Of a stretch of DNA of 64,000 nt, positions 8,993 to 20,675 are shown one piece after another. Source of the stretch: an uncultured Gammaproteobacteria bacterium (lineage in GTDB: Bacteria > Pseudomonadota > Gammaproteobacteria > Magnimaribacterales > D2472); contig CAZTGS010000001.1 of the NCBI GenBank assembly GCA_964613455.1, positions 64,806-128,805 on the forward strand, in the 5' to 3' direction. The position numbers were made by a program, and so were the translations under genes. Under the pieces are notes generated by a model. The model was not told where the DNA came from. It did not search any database and saw nothing but the letters and a program-made list of their open reading frames with translations. Every line of letters begins with the position of its first letter. Position 1 is the stretch's first letter.

Positions 8993-9589
8993 ATGACATT
9001 TGTAGTTACAGAATCGTGCATTAAATGCAAATACACAGACTGTGTAGAAGTATGTCCGGTAGATTGCTTTTATGAAGGTCCTGATTTCCTAGTAATACAT
9101 CCAGATGAATGTATAGATTGCGCTCTATGCGAACCAGAATGTCCTATTGATGCAATATTCTCTGAAGATGAACTTCCAAGTGATCAAATTGCATTCATTG
9201 AGATTAATGCAAAACTTGCAGATGTTTATGAAAATATAACTGAAGCTTCCCCTCCTCATTCTGAGGAACCTCAATTTAAAGATGTGAAAAATAAAATTAA
9301 ATTTTTAAATATTGATATAGGGAAAGATGAATCAAAATCAAACAGCCAATCAATTGAGTCTAATAAAATTTATTTATTTGATAGTGGTGATGTTGAAACA
9401 AATAATCAAGCTTTTAATATTAAAGATTTCTCTTTCAATAAAGATCAACTTCTTAAAAGTCTGGTGATTGAAGAAACTGTTATCTTAAGTATCGAACCGC
9501 AAGCACATCACGAATGGACTATGAAGATAATGGAATTTCTTCAAGAAAATAAATTCAATGTTATTAAGATGCGAACCCTTAAAGAATAA
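8993..9589 (+). CDS. fdxA: 7Fe ferredoxin (FdxA-type) with a 92-aa C-terminal extension of unknown function
   Basis: Residues 1-106 match Azotobacter/Pseudomonas FdI-type ferredoxin almost residue for residue ([29 protein letters not shown]...[12 protein letters not shown]). Residues 107-198 contain no motif I recognise. Confidence 0.85.
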   Translation: MTFVVTESCIKCKYTDCVEVCPVDCFYEGPDFLVIHPDECIDCALCEPECPIDAIFSEDELPSDQIAFIEINAKLADVYENITEASPPHSEEPQFKDVKNKIKFLNIDIGKDESKSNSQSIESNKIYLFDSGDVETNNQAFNIKDFSFNKDQLLKSLVIEETVILSIEPQAHHEWTMKIMEFLQENKFNVIKMRTLKE

Positions 9590-9618
9590 GATTTTATTTT
9601 TTGCCTAAATATTTAAAA

Positions 9619-10353
9619 TTACATATGAGCCCAGGACTGCATTTCAATATACCTAGTTATTAGTTGATCAAGGCCTGCTGCTAAAATTATTGCGCCAAAG
9701 TATATTAAAACGGTGTCACCGTATTTGTAATAAAGATTATTAATTACTCTTGGCATTAATGCTATAGACAACAACATCCCAAAAGCAAAAGGTATTAAAA
9801 TTTGAAAATTTAATGTAGAAACGCTTGATATTATTGTAGGATAAATGCCTATAGCTAATAAAAAAGCACTTCCTGAAACTCCAGGAAAAATTAAGAATCC
9901 ACATGCTATAAATCCAAAAATAATTAGAAGCAAAATTCCTGGCGAATCAGCAAAATTATAACCAAACCCAACAATGCATAAGCCTAGTAGAAAAGCTAAA
10001 AATATCTTTATAAGGAATAAGAATTTATTAGTTATCGTATTGGATATTTTTTTAAATGTCGTTACTATTAGAAATAATCCATACATTATCATAATAGCTG
10101 AAATAACAAGCATAAAAACAAGTTGATAGCTTTCATATAAAAAATGTATGAGGCTTGAAAAAGAAATAACACTAATGCCCATTCCAATAATTAAAGGAAT
10201 AATAAGATCGAAGCCTTTTAAATCAGTCAAAAACGATAAAAGTTTTTTATAAACACCAAACATTAGAGCTACCGTTGCTCCAGAAATTCCAGGTAATAAT
10301 TCGGAAAGGCCTATAAAAATTCCTGCGATGAAATATCTTAATTTCTCATTCAT
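9619..10353 (-). CDS. DUF368-family polytopic membrane protein (family linked to undecaprenyl-phosphate recycling)
   Basis: 244 aa and highly hydrophobic, with two copies of the family motif: LPGISGATVALMFGVY and FPGVSGSAFLLAIGIY. Confidence 0.7.
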   Translation of the reverse strand: MNEKLRYFIAGIFIGLSELLPGISGATVALMFGVYKKLLSFLTDLKGFDLIIPLIIGMGISVISFSSLIHFLYESYQLVFMLVISAIMIMYGLFLIVTTFKKISNTITNKFLFLIKIFLAFLLGLCIVGFGYNFADSPGILLLIIFGFIACGFLIFPGVSGSAFLLAIGIYPTIISSVSTLNFQILIPFAFGMLLSIALMPRVINNLYYKYGDTVLIYFGAIILAAGLDQLITRYIEMQSWAHM

Positions 10354-11033
10354 GAATCATTACCATCTAAAGATTTTCCTGGAAGCATTGGAACAAATGC
10401 AACCTCATCATGTAAATCTTCAGTAACTTCATTTTTAGTTACTTTTGTTATTACGTTTAATTGCTGAAACTTTGAGTCGCCAACTGGAATGACAATTTTT
10501 GAATTCATGGTAAGGCAATCTACTAGTTCTTGTGGGTATTGTCTCGGAGCTGCAGCACATATAACGCCATCATATTTAATATCCTGATCCCAATCTAAAA
10601 AACCATCTCCATGAGTAAATAAAACATTATTAATTTTTAACTCACTAAGATTTTCTCTAGATTTTATAACTAAAGGTTTTATTCTTTCTATTGAGTGGAC
10701 CTGTTCACAGAAATAAGATAAAACTGCAGATTGATATCCGCAACCAGAGCCAAGCTCAAGAACTTTATTAAAGATCTTACCTCTTCCTTTTGTATGAGAG
10801 ATAAGCAATTCAGTCATTTTTGCAACAATATAAGGTTGAGATATAGTCTGTTTGTAGCCAATAGTTAATGATCTATTTTCATATGCTCGAGATCTAAGCG
10901 CTTCATCTATAAATATATGCCTTGGAATTTGGGACATTGCGTCCAGAACTCTAAAATCTTTTATTCCCATTTCCAGAAGGGTTTCGATCATTTCCTCTTT
11001 TACCCTTCTAAAGGTAAATCCAGAATTATTCAT
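10350..11033 (-). CDS. pcm: Protein-L-isoaspartate O-methyltransferase
   Basis: Contains QTISQPYIVAKMTELL and the SAM motif VLELGSGCGYQSAVL. Lies downstream of surE as in gammaproteobacteria. Confidence 0.92.
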   Translation of the reverse strand: MNNSGFTFRRVKEEMIETLLEMGIKDFRVLDAMSQIPRHIFIDEALRSRAYENRSLTIGYKQTISQPYIVAKMTELLISHTKGRGKIFNKVLELGSGCGYQSAVLSYFCEQVHSIERIKPLVIKSRENLSELKINNVLFTHGDGFLDWDQDIKYDGVICAAAPRQYPQELVDCLTMNSKIVIPVGDSKFQQLNVITKVTKNEVTEDLHDEVAFVPMLPGKSLDGNDS

Positions 11034-11772
11034 GTATATATTCTTTTAAAATATCTTTATCTTCAGTCCTATCTAATCCGTAATCAAGAACTGAAATAGA
11101 AATATATCCTTCCTTGACTGCCTCTGCATCTGTAATAAATTCATCCTTTAATGCTTCGCCCTGAAGGTTATATCTATATCGTTTATTTTTATTATCTGAT
11201 TCCATTTCTAAAGGCTTTGACGGAATGCCTCTTTTTGACAATCCAGTTATCTTTACACCTTTACATTCTTCTTCTGAAAGATCTGGAAAATTAATATTAA
11301 TAACCTTTCCAGTTAGTTCTGAGGGTAAATCTTTAATGAGGTTGATTAATTCAGCGGATTTATTCATGATGAATGAAGAGTTCTTTGTTTCGTATGAGGC
11401 TACCGATAAAGCAACTGGAGGATACTTAAGCTTTCTTCCTCCAACTGCAGCACCAACTGTTCCAGAATATATAACATCATTTCCAATATTAGCTCCATGA
11501 TTAATTCCTGAAACAACCATATCAAATTCAAAATCAACAATACTTAATAAACCCAAATAAGTGCAATCAGCAGGAGTTCCATCTACGGCATAAATTCTTT
11601 CATCAACCTTCCTAACTTCTATTTCTTTAAGAAACGATATAGCAGCACTCATTCCGCTACAGTTATTTTCTGGAGCAACAATCCAAACTTCGTGCTCTTG
11701 GGATAGTCTTTTAAATAGGTTTTGTATATTTGGAGCATTATAACCATCGTCATTTGTTAAAAGTATTCTCAT
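11026..11772 (-). CDS. surE: 5'/3'-nucleotidase SurE
   Basis: Has MRILLTNDDGYNAPNI at the N-terminus and SGINHGANIG. Confidence 0.93.
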   Translation of the reverse strand: MRILLTNDDGYNAPNIQNLFKRLSQEHEVWIVAPENNCSGMSAAISFLKEIEVRKVDERIYAVDGTPADCTYLGLLSIVDFEFDMVVSGINHGANIGNDVIYSGTVGAAVGGRKLKYPPVALSVASYETKNSSFIMNKSAELINLIKDLPSELTGKVININFPDLSEEECKGVKITGLSKRGIPSKPLEMESDNKNKRYRYNLQGEALKDEFITDAEAVKEGYISISVLDYGLDRTEDKDILKEYIHE

Positions 11773-12917
11773 ATTATCTCTTTAAGGTTGACCGATGATT
11801 GAACGGCTATTGCTTTATTTTTGCCTATGATACCAATCTTTTCTGAGGTTGTTGCCTTTAGACCAATTTTTGATTTAGGTATTTTTAAAATAGATGCAAG
11901 ACTTTCAAGTATATTATTTCTATGAGGGCTAATCTTGGGAGATTCGCAAATAATAGTTGCATCAATATTATGAATTTGTAAGTTCATTCTTTTAATTTTT
12001 TCTAAACAAAAATTAATTATCTCTTTACTGTCAAGTCCTTTGTTTTGCTCATCAGTGTCTGAAAAATATATTCCGATATCTCCTATTGCTGATGCTCCAA
12101 GAATTGAATCAGCTATTGAATGAAGAAGAACATCTCCATCTGAATGAGCTTCTATTTCATAACCACATTCAAGTAAATAACCACCAATCAAAATTCCCTT
12201 ACCTTCTCTATATGTATGAAGGTCAAAACCAGTTCCTGTTCTAGTTGTAAATTTCTCTAAAAGCTCTAGATCTTCCCTATGTGTAATTTTAATATTTGAT
12301 GACTTGCCTTTAATTCTTGAGATAACCAGACCTCCTGATTCTATAGCGAATGATTCGTCTGGAACGGTAATGCCTTTCTCCAAAAGAATCTCTAATTGTG
12401 ATTTGAGTTTAGTAAATTTTGAAATTTGAGGTGTTTGAACTAAATAATAATTGGACTTACTTTCTGTATTATCTTTTCCTGCTATGGTTTTTTTAATCGA
12501 ATCTACTACTGGAAGATAATATATAGAACAATCAGATTTAGATGAAATAATTTCATTATAAATATTAAAGATATCAATAGAATCTATATTGGGCCTTGCA
12601 GCATCATGAGTTATCACAAAATCAAACCCTTCAGCTTCTTTATGATGCAATGCATTTAAAACCGATTCAGCCCTAGAACTTCCACCATCAATAAAAGTAA
12701 TTTGAGGATTGTTAAAAAAATCTTGATCTTTTATAAATAAATCATTGGGAGCTATTGGAATAATAATTTTATCAATAAGATCAGAATCTAGAAAGGCTTT
12801 AACTGATGATTCAATTATAGACTTACCATTTAAGCTGACATATTGTTTAGGGGTTTTAGCATCAAACCTCTCTCCAATACCTGCTGCAGGAATAATAGCC
12901 AGTAGTTTGCTATTCAT
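11769..12917 (-). CDS. ispDF: Bifunctional IspD/IspF (MEP cytidylyltransferase / MECDP synthase)
   Basis: The N-terminal half has AIIPAAGIGERF (IspD). The C-terminal half has GTGFDLH...EAHSDGDVLLHSIADSILGA (IspF). It is a single 382-aa ORF. Confidence 0.92.
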   Translation of the reverse strand: MNSKLLAIIPAAGIGERFDAKTPKQYVSLNGKSIIESSVKAFLDSDLIDKIIIPIAPNDLFIKDQDFFNNPQITFIDGGSSRAESVLNALHHKEAEGFDFVITHDAARPNIDSIDIFNIYNEIISSKSDCSIYYLPVVDSIKKTIAGKDNTESKSNYYLVQTPQISKFTKLKSQLEILLEKGITVPDESFAIESGGLVISRIKGKSSNIKITHREDLELLEKFTTRTGTGFDLHTYREGKGILIGGYLLECGYEIEAHSDGDVLLHSIADSILGASAIGDIGIYFSDTDEQNKGLDSKEIINFCLEKIKRMNLQIHNIDATIICESPKISPHRNNILESLASILKIPKSKIGLKATTSEKIGIIGKNKAIAVQSSVNLKEII

Positions 12918-13212
12918 CTTTTTCTAATTCCTCTTTTTTAAAAATAATAAATTCTTCATTTGGATATGTTAAATTTAATTTTTCTCTAGCAAAATTTTCA
13001 ATATGATCGTTCGATTTTTGAGCATTATCAATCTCAAACTCTAAAATATCATTTTCTTTTTTTAAATTATTATTTTTTTTTATTTGTAAGTTGTTTTCGT
13101 CAATAAGCAAAGATTTCTTATTGTAGCTATAGTCCCCAAAAAAAATGCCATTAAGCAAGGTCATTATTACTAAAAAAAGTAATGTGGCTAATAGGTAAAA
13201 AAGTTTTCTCAT
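12910..13212 (-). CDS. ftsB: Cell division protein FtsB
   Basis: 100 aa with an N-terminal TM, a coiled coil, and the [15 protein letters not shown] motif. Lies between eno and ispD as in E. coli and Pseudomonas. Confidence 0.85.
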   Translation of the reverse strand: MRKLFYLLATLLFLVIMTLLNGIFFGDYSYNKKSLLIDENNLQIKKNNNLKKENDILEFEIDNAQKSNDHIENFAREKLNLTYPNEEFIIFKKEELEKDE

Positions 13213-14486
13213 TTAGGGAAACTTAAATCAGGTCTCTCCTCTTCTATCCATAGCAATCTATTATATTTTGCCACTCTATCGGATCGACATGGAGCCCCAG
13301 TTTTAATTTGTCCCGCACCTAGTCCAACTGCTAAGTCTGCGATTGTTGTATCTTCTGTTTCCCCAGATCTGTGAGAAATAATTGATTTATAATTATTAGA
13401 ATTTGCTAACCCAATGGTTTCTATAGTTTCTGTAATAGAACCTATTTGATTAAATTTAATTAAAATTGCATTGGCTAATTTTTTATCTATACCCTCTTGA
13501 AAAAATTTTTTATTGGTAACAAAAAGGTCATCACCAACTAATTGACATTTCGATCCAATTTTATCAGTTAATATTCTCCATCCTTCGTAATCATTTTCAT
13601 CCATACCATCTTCGATAGATATAATTGGATACTTTTCAACAAGTTCTTCTAAATAGTTAGCAAAAGATTCAGAATCCATGCTTCTACCTTCCCCTTTTAA
13701 ATGATATTGATTATCTTGATAAAATTCACTTGCTGCACAATCTAATGCTAAAAAAATATCTTTTCCGGGAATAAGTTTAGATTTTTCTATAGACTCTAGA
13801 ATTAATTTTAATGCTTCTTCATTTGATTGAAGGTCTGGAGCGAACCCTCCCTCGTCACCAACTGAATTTGATAGACCCTTATCTTTTAAAATATTTTTGA
13901 GGTTCCAATAAATCTCAGAAGACCACCTCATAGCTTCTTTTAAATTTTTTGCTCCTGAAGGAATTACCATAAATTCTTGAATATCGATATTATTATCAGC
14001 ATGTTCTCCGCCATTAAGAATATTTAACATTGGCATTGGTAAGTTTTGATTAGCGGATTTTCCAGTAATACTTTTGTAAATGTCGCCAAAGTACTCGTGA
14101 AGGCTTTTATCAATATCTTTAGCTGCAACTCTGCAAACAGCAAGAGAAACTGCCAATATTGCGTTAGCTCCAAGGTTTGACTTATCTTCTGTTCCATCTA
14201 ATTCAATTAATTGTTGGTCGATACTTTCTTGATTTGATGGATCTTGGCCTAATAAGGATGGAGCTATTAAATTATTGATGTTATCAACAGCCTTTAGGAC
14301 TCCCTTGCCCATATAATCTTCAAGACCATCTCGAAGTTCGATCGCTTCTTTTTCACCAGTAGATGCCCCGCTGGGAACCATTACTCCTGCTGTAAGAAGA
14401 TTGTCTAAAGTAATTCTACAAGCAACAGTTGGGAGACCTCGTGAATCTAAAACTTGTATAGCTTTTATTGATTGTATTTTAGACAT
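13209..14486 (-). CDS. eno: Enolase
   Basis: 425 aa with the [17 protein letters not shown] signature. Confidence 0.98.
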   Translation of the reverse strand: MSKIQSIKAIQVLDSRGLPTVACRITLDNLLTAGVMVPSGASTGEKEAIELRDGLEDYMGKGVLKAVDNINNLIAPSLLGQDPSNQESIDQQLIELDGTEDKSNLGANAILAVSLAVCRVAAKDIDKSLHEYFGDIYKSITGKSANQNLPMPMLNILNGGEHADNNIDIQEFMVIPSGAKNLKEAMRWSSEIYWNLKNILKDKGLSNSVGDEGGFAPDLQSNEEALKLILESIEKSKLIPGKDIFLALDCAASEFYQDNQYHLKGEGRSMDSESFANYLEELVEKYPIISIEDGMDENDYEGWRILTDKIGSKCQLVGDDLFVTNKKFFQEGIDKKLANAILIKFNQIGSITETIETIGLANSNNYKSIISHRSGETEDTTIADLAVGLGAGQIKTGAPCRSDRVAKYNRLLWIEEERPDLSFPK

Positions 14487-14491
14487 AGTTT

Positions 14492-15331
14492 TTATGAAAT
14501 ATCTAGAGCTTCTTGATTCTTAATAAAGTCATCCAGGTTTTTAACTTGGGTAAGAAACGGTTCTAACATGTCTAATCTTAGTGCGCAGGGACCATCACAT
14601 TTTGCGTTATCAGGATCAGGATGGGTTTCTAGAAATAATCCAGCAATCCCTTGAGAAATTCCAGCTTTAGCTAAACTTAAAAGGTATTCTCTTCTTCCTC
14701 CGGCTGCATTACCCAAACCACCAGGAAGTTGAAGTGAATGAGTAACATCAAATATTGTAGGTTTTCCTAAATTTTTAAGTATTTGAAAATTTAATGTATC
14801 AACAATTAGATTGTTATATCCAAAAGAATTACCTCTCTCACATAAAGTAATTTTATTATTGCCAGCAGACTCGCATTTTTCAATAATATTTTTCATTTCT
14901 GGAGCAGATAAAAATTGTGGTTTTTTAAATTGAAGTATTGAATCTGTTTGAGCAGCTGCAACAACTAAATCAGTTTGACGAGCTAGAAATGCAGGAATTT
15001 GGACTACCTCACATACCTCACTTACTGGTTTAGCCTGATCGGGTTCATGAATATCAGTTACCGTTGCAACATCAAACTCTTTTGATACCTCTTGAAGAAT
15101 TTTTAAACCCTCTTCCATTCCAGGACCTCTAAAGGAGGAAACAGAACTTCTATTTGCTTTATCAAAAGATCCTTTAAAAATATAGTTAATACTTAAATTA
15201 TCAGAAATAATTTTAAATTTTTCAGCTACCTGCATCGCTAAATCACGTGATTCAAGAACATTAAGGCCGCCCATCAATGTCATAGGTTTGTTATTGCCAA
15301 TAGTAAAGTTTCTTAATTCTAGATCATTCAT
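14492..15331 (-). CDS. kdsA: 3-deoxy-8-phosphooctulonate (KDO8P) synthase
   Basis: 279 aa with [11 protein letters not shown] and [11 protein letters not shown]. Confidence 0.95.
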   Translation of the reverse strand: MNDLELRNFTIGNNKPMTLMGGLNVLESRDLAMQVAEKFKIISDNLSINYIFKGSFDKANRSSVSSFRGPGMEEGLKILQEVSKEFDVATVTDIHEPDQAKPVSEVCEVVQIPAFLARQTDLVVAAAQTDSILQFKKPQFLSAPEMKNIIEKCESAGNNKITLCERGNSFGYNNLIVDTLNFQILKNLGKPTIFDVTHSLQLPGGLGNAAGGRREYLLSLAKAGISQGIAGLFLETHPDPDNAKCDGPCALRLDMLEPFLTQVKNLDDFIKNQEALDIS

Positions 15332-15333
15332 AA

Positions 15334-16959
<1,626 letters not shown>

Positions 16960-17042
16960 CTATAAATTGAATCATGATGGGATAACAGAATAACAGATTA
17001 AATTTAATAGTGAAATAATATTTAGGGAATGACGGCGTTGAC

Positions 17043-18101
17043 CTAGCAATTTTTATAGATTCTTTTTACTCTCGATTTAATCCTAATCATTAAATCATAG
17101 CTAATCAGTCCATTTGAGGAAACTAAATCAGTTATTGGTTGATTGGGTGAAAAAAACTCACACCAGTCTCCTATGGCAATCTCTGAAATATTTGATACAT
17201 CAACAGTGGTTACATCCATACTAACTTTTCCAAAGACTTTTGCAGTCTCATTATTGATTCTGATTTCAGTACCATCTTTTATATGATTTGGAAGTCCGTC
17301 AGCGTATCCCATATAAACTGTTGCTATTTTCATATCATTCAATGCTTCAGCACGACCGTCATAACCAACTTTCTCACCTTTTTTAATTTCTCTAATATTA
17401 ATAATTGGAGACCTGAGAGTCATTGCTGTTTTAAGTTCTTTGTTACCAATATAACCACCAAAGATGCCTATACCAACTCTTACCCAATCGAATGATTGTT
17501 CTGGAAAATTCATAATACAACCAGTATTTGCGATACTTTTAGAAATACCTGAATGTAATTTTTTACCTAACTCATTGAATCTATTAAATTGATTTTGATT
17601 TGATTCATCATTTGGAATATTTGAAGCTGATAGATGTGACATAAGAGTAAAGTTTTTATCAATCAAATGGGATTTATAGATATTAAGGAACTCATTTTCT
17701 TCGAAACCCAATCTATTCATTCCTGTATTTACTTTAAACCAAAGATTCTCATAAGAATTATTATTCTTAACAATTTCAAATTGATGATTATTATGAATAA
17801 CTAAATCTAAAGAATTTTCTCGTGCTTCTATAAAATCTTCTTGAGTGTAGACTCCTTGCATCAATAAGATTTTTTTTGAGGATATTTGCCTTATCTCAAT
17901 AGCCTCTTCAAGTCTTACAACGCCATAACCATCAACAAGATCATCTATATCTTTAACTATATTTGAGAGAATATGACCATAAGCATCTGATTTTATGATT
18001 GCCATAAAGTTAGATGAGATATCTATCTTATTTCTTAAATAAGAAATATTATTTCTTACAATAGAAGGATCAATTAAGAGCTCTGAGGAAGCCCTTGTCA
18101 T
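17043..18101 (-). CDS. alr: Alanine racemase
   Basis: 352 aa with the PLP-lysine motif AIIKSDAYGHI. Lies downstream of dnaB with a 4-nt overlap, as in E. coli and Pseudomonas. Confidence 0.9.
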   Translation of the reverse strand: MTRASSELLIDPSIVRNNISYLRNKIDISSNFMAIIKSDAYGHILSNIVKDIDDLVDGYGVVRLEEAIEIRQISSKKILLMQGVYTQEDFIEARENSLDLVIHNNHQFEIVKNNNSYENLWFKVNTGMNRLGFEENEFLNIYKSHLIDKNFTLMSHLSASNIPNDESNQNQFNRFNELGKKLHSGISKSIANTGCIMNFPEQSFDWVRVGIGIFGGYIGNKELKTAMTLRSPIINIREIKKGEKVGYDGRAEALNDMKIATVYMGYADGLPNHIKDGTEIRINNETAKVFGKVSMDVTTVDVSNISEIAIGDWCEFFSPNQPITDLVSSNGLISYDLMIRIKSRVKRIYKNC

Positions 18102-19480
18102 TCAAAGTTACTTGAGTAACTGTCAGAGTATCCATCATTAGCGTAATTCTCAAAACGTGTATATTCTTTAAGAAAAGTAAGGTTAACAGTCCCAATAGGC
18201 CCATTTCTTTGCTTGCCAATAATAATTTCTGCTTTATTTCCTTGATCAGAGTCTTCGTTATAAACCTCATCTCTATAAATAAATAATATTACATCGGCAT
18301 CCTGCTCAATAGCTCCTGAATCTCTTAAGTCAGCCATAATAGGTCTTTTGTTGGGTCTCTGTTCAACAGCCCTATTAAGCTGAGATAATGCTATTACAGG
18401 AACATTTAATTCTTTAGCTAAAGATTTTAGCGATCTGGAAATTTCAGATATTTGATTAACTCTATTTTCAGCTGATGTTGGTAATTGCATTAGCTGAAGA
18501 TAATCAACCACGATTAGAGAAAGTCCATGTTCTTCTTGTCTTGCAAGCCTTCTTGCCTTGGCTCTCAACTCCATTGGAGATAATAAAGAACTATCATCAA
18601 TCCAAAGTGGCAAATTTTTTAATTTTTCACCTTCTTGAAATAATAACTTTAACTCATTATCTTTTAACATGCCGGATCTAACATTCTGTTGATTAAGCTT
18701 GCTCATTCCGGAAAGCATTCTTGTAGTTAAGGATTCACCAGGCATCTCTAAACTAAAAATTAATACAGCGCCTTTATTTTCTTTATTTACAAGAACATTT
18801 TCTGCAAGATTCATAGCTAGTGAAGTCTTACCCATGCTAGGTCTTCCTGCAACTACAATTAAATCTCCATCTTGAATACCTAATAGTTTTTTATCTAAGT
18901 CAGTAAAACCAGTTGATGAGCCTATAAGACCACCTTTTTTAGTAGTAAGCTCATGCAATCTGTCCATTGTGTCAGGAACAAGCTTTGTCATTGGTTTCAG
19001 CGTGTCGGCATCTTGGCTTGTTTCATCATTAAGTGCAAAAATCATACTTTCTGCTTTATCTAATAAGGCTGCGCCGTCTTGACCTTGAGGATTTACTATT
19101 AATTCAGAAATCTCTGAATTAGCTTTCATTAATTTTCTAGTAATTGATCTCTGTCTAATTATTTCAGCATAGGCTTCTAGATTTGCAGCAGAGGGAGTAG
19201 ATGTGGCAAGTTCAATTAAATAATTTTTTCCACCAATTTTGTTTAAAGAATTTTTATTATCTAATTGTTCTGATACTGTAATCGGATCTAAGGGCTTGCT
19301 TGCATTGATAAGCTCGAACATAGATTGAAAAATAATCTGATGATCTTTTCCATCGAAGTCATTATCATTAATTACTTGAATTACTGTATCAAAACGATGA
19401 GATTCGAGCATAAGCCCACCTAAGACAGCCCTTTCGGCTTCTCTAGTTTGCTCGTTTAAATTTGTTGATATGTCAGACAT
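18098..19480 (-). CDS. dnaB: Replicative DNA helicase DnaB
   Basis: 460 aa with N-terminal ERAVLGGLML, Walker A GRPSMGKTS and the RDSGAIEQDADV motif. Confidence 0.97.
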   Translation of the reverse strand: MSDISTNLNEQTREAERAVLGGLMLESHRFDTVIQVINDNDFDGKDHQIIFQSMFELINASKPLDPITVSEQLDNKNSLNKIGGKNYLIELATSTPSAANLEAYAEIIRQRSITRKLMKANSEISELIVNPQGQDGAALLDKAESMIFALNDETSQDADTLKPMTKLVPDTMDRLHELTTKKGGLIGSSTGFTDLDKKLLGIQDGDLIVVAGRPSMGKTSLAMNLAENVLVNKENKGAVLIFSLEMPGESLTTRMLSGMSKLNQQNVRSGMLKDNELKLLFQEGEKLKNLPLWIDDSSLLSPMELRAKARRLARQEEHGLSLIVVDYLQLMQLPTSAENRVNQISEISRSLKSLAKELNVPVIALSQLNRAVEQRPNKRPIMADLRDSGAIEQDADVILFIYRDEVYNEDSDQGNKAEIIIGKQRNGPIGTVNLTFLKEYTRFENYANDGYSDSYSSNFE

Positions 19481-19518
19481 TGGAATATGATTTTTACATC
19501 ATATTTTAAAATATACAA

Positions 19519-19965
19519 CTACTCAGCTAATACTTTTACTGTAACTTCTGCTGAAACCTCTGGATGAACGCTAATAGAGATAGTGTGATCACCAATTTCT
19601 TTTATTGGGCCTTCAGGTAATTGAACTTCACTTTTATCTATATCTATATTAATTGCTGTGAATGCATCTGAAATTTCTCTAGTTCCGACAGATCCATATA
19701 GTGCGCCCTCTTCAGTAACAGGAACACTAATTTCACAAACAGAGCCGTTGATTTCTTCTGATCTACCCTGAGCTCTTGTTAAAAGATCTGCAGAAGCAGC
19801 TGCGAGTTCACCTTTTTTAGCTTCAACTTCAGCAATATTTTTATCACTAGCGAAAGCTGCCTTCTTTTGTGGTATTAAAAAGTTTCTAGCATAGCCAGAA
19901 TTAACCTGAACAACATCTCCGATTTCTCCAAGTCTTTGTATTTTATCTAAAAGTATAATTTTCAT
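19519..19965 (-). CDS. rplI: 50S ribosomal protein L9
   Basis: MKIILLDKIQRLGEIGDVVQVNSGYARNFLIPQKKA, 148 aa. Confidence 0.97.
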   Translation of the reverse strand: MKIILLDKIQRLGEIGDVVQVNSGYARNFLIPQKKAAFASDKNIAEVEAKKGELAAASADLLTRAQGRSEEINGSVCEISVPVTEEGALYGSVGTREISDAFTAINIDIDKSEVQLPEGPIKEIGDHTISISVHPEVSAEVTVKVLAE

Positions 19966-19969
19966 AATC

Positions 19970-20164
19970 TTATTGATGCATGTCCGTATATGGTAAAAGA
20001 GCTAAGAATCTAGCAATTTTTATTGATTTAGTGACTTTTCTTTGATTAGAAGCAGAAATACCTGTGACTCTTGCAGGAATTATTTTTCCAGTTTCAGTAA
20101 TAAACTGTTTCAAAACATCTGTATCTTTATGATCAAACTTTTTTGGTAACTCATATTTACTCAT
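19970..20164 (-). CDS. rpsR: 30S ribosomal protein S18
   Basis: The conserved core is ...[31 protein letters not shown]. The track ORF extends to 20224, overlapping rpsF. The internal ATG at 20164 ([10 protein letters not shown]) starts right after the rpsF stop at 20166 and is preferred. Confidence 0.9.
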   Translation of the reverse strand: MSKYELPKKFDHKDTDVLKQFITETGKIIPARVTGISASNQRKVTKSIKIARFLALLPYTDMHQ

Positions 20165-20165
20165 A

Positions 20166-20594
20166 TTACTTATCTCCCTCTTCAGTCTTCTCAGATTTAT
20201 CTTCTTCAGGTTTAGATGCTTCAATTTTTACTTCTTTTTTAACTTCTTCTTGAACAGTTTCAGGTTTTTTATTTTTTGATTCTGTAAATAAACTAGAATC
20301 TTCGCCTGCGTGCTCTTTAACAACTAAAAATAAATGCCTAATGATTGATTCGTTATATTTTATTTTAGTTTCTATCTCAAGAAGCTTCGAAGGGTCGCCT
20401 TCTAAATTAAATAATATGTAGTGGCCTTTGTTATGGTTTGTTATTGAATAAGCTAATTGCCTTCTACCGACATCTTCAGTTTTTACTATTTTAAAGGAAT
20501 TATCTGTTAATAATTTTTCAAAATCTTTTTTAAACTCATCTACTTTTGTAGAAAGGTTTGGATTAAGAATTATTACTGCTTCGTATTTTTTCAT
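20166..20594 (-). CDS. rpsF: 30S ribosomal protein S6 (with acidic C-terminal tail)
   Basis: [14 protein letters not shown]...[10 protein letters not shown] followed by a Glu/Lys-rich tail. No priB lies between rpsF and rpsR, as in Pseudomonas. Confidence 0.95.
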   Translation of the reverse strand: MKKYEAVIILNPNLSTKVDEFKKDFEKLLTDNSFKIVKTEDVGRRQLAYSITNHNKGHYILFNLEGDPSKLLEIETKIKYNESIIRHLFLVVKEHAGEDSSLFTESKNKKPETVQEEVKKEVKIEASKPEEDKSEKTEEGDK

Positions 20595-20675
20595 GTTGTG
20601 CCTTATGGTTATAGATTCATACTTTTATTAGTAGGAACCAAGGAAGAGGCATGATAAAGGAATTGATTTTTAGAA

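Noticed and set aside
5319-12917. The idea that the short ProRS and fused IspDF indicate an alphaproteobacterial origin for the contig.
   Set aside because: The SOS box is the gamma/beta CTGT-N8-ACAG type, not the alpha GTTC-N7-GTTC type. The synteny (sspA-petCBA-rpsI-rplM, rsmI-rnpB-mraZ, dnaB-alr, mreB/gatCAB, aspS-yebC...ybgC-tolQRA) is gammaproteobacterial.
16982-16997. The tandem direct repeat ATAACAGA-ATAACAGA in the pyrG upstream region, considered as a possible regulatory element.
   Set aside because: It has only two 8-nt units in AT-rich DNA, matches no known motif, and could easily arise by chance.
18070-18270. A 66-aa same-strand ORF overlapping the dnaB 3' end and alr start. Similar alternate-frame ORFs lie at 20885-21118 (in ftsA) and 46603-46845 (in mlaC).
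   Set aside because: These are out-of-frame overlaps inside well-conserved coding sequence, with no independent evidence.
20165-20224. N-terminal extensions in the track ORFs for rpsR (20 aa), rpsI (5 aa, to 42427), rplM (2 aa, to 42849) and ybgC (10 aa, to 2067).
   Set aside because: The internal ATGs restore the N-termini seen in E. coli homologues and remove or minimise overlaps with the upstream genes. The longer versions are ORF-finder artefacts.
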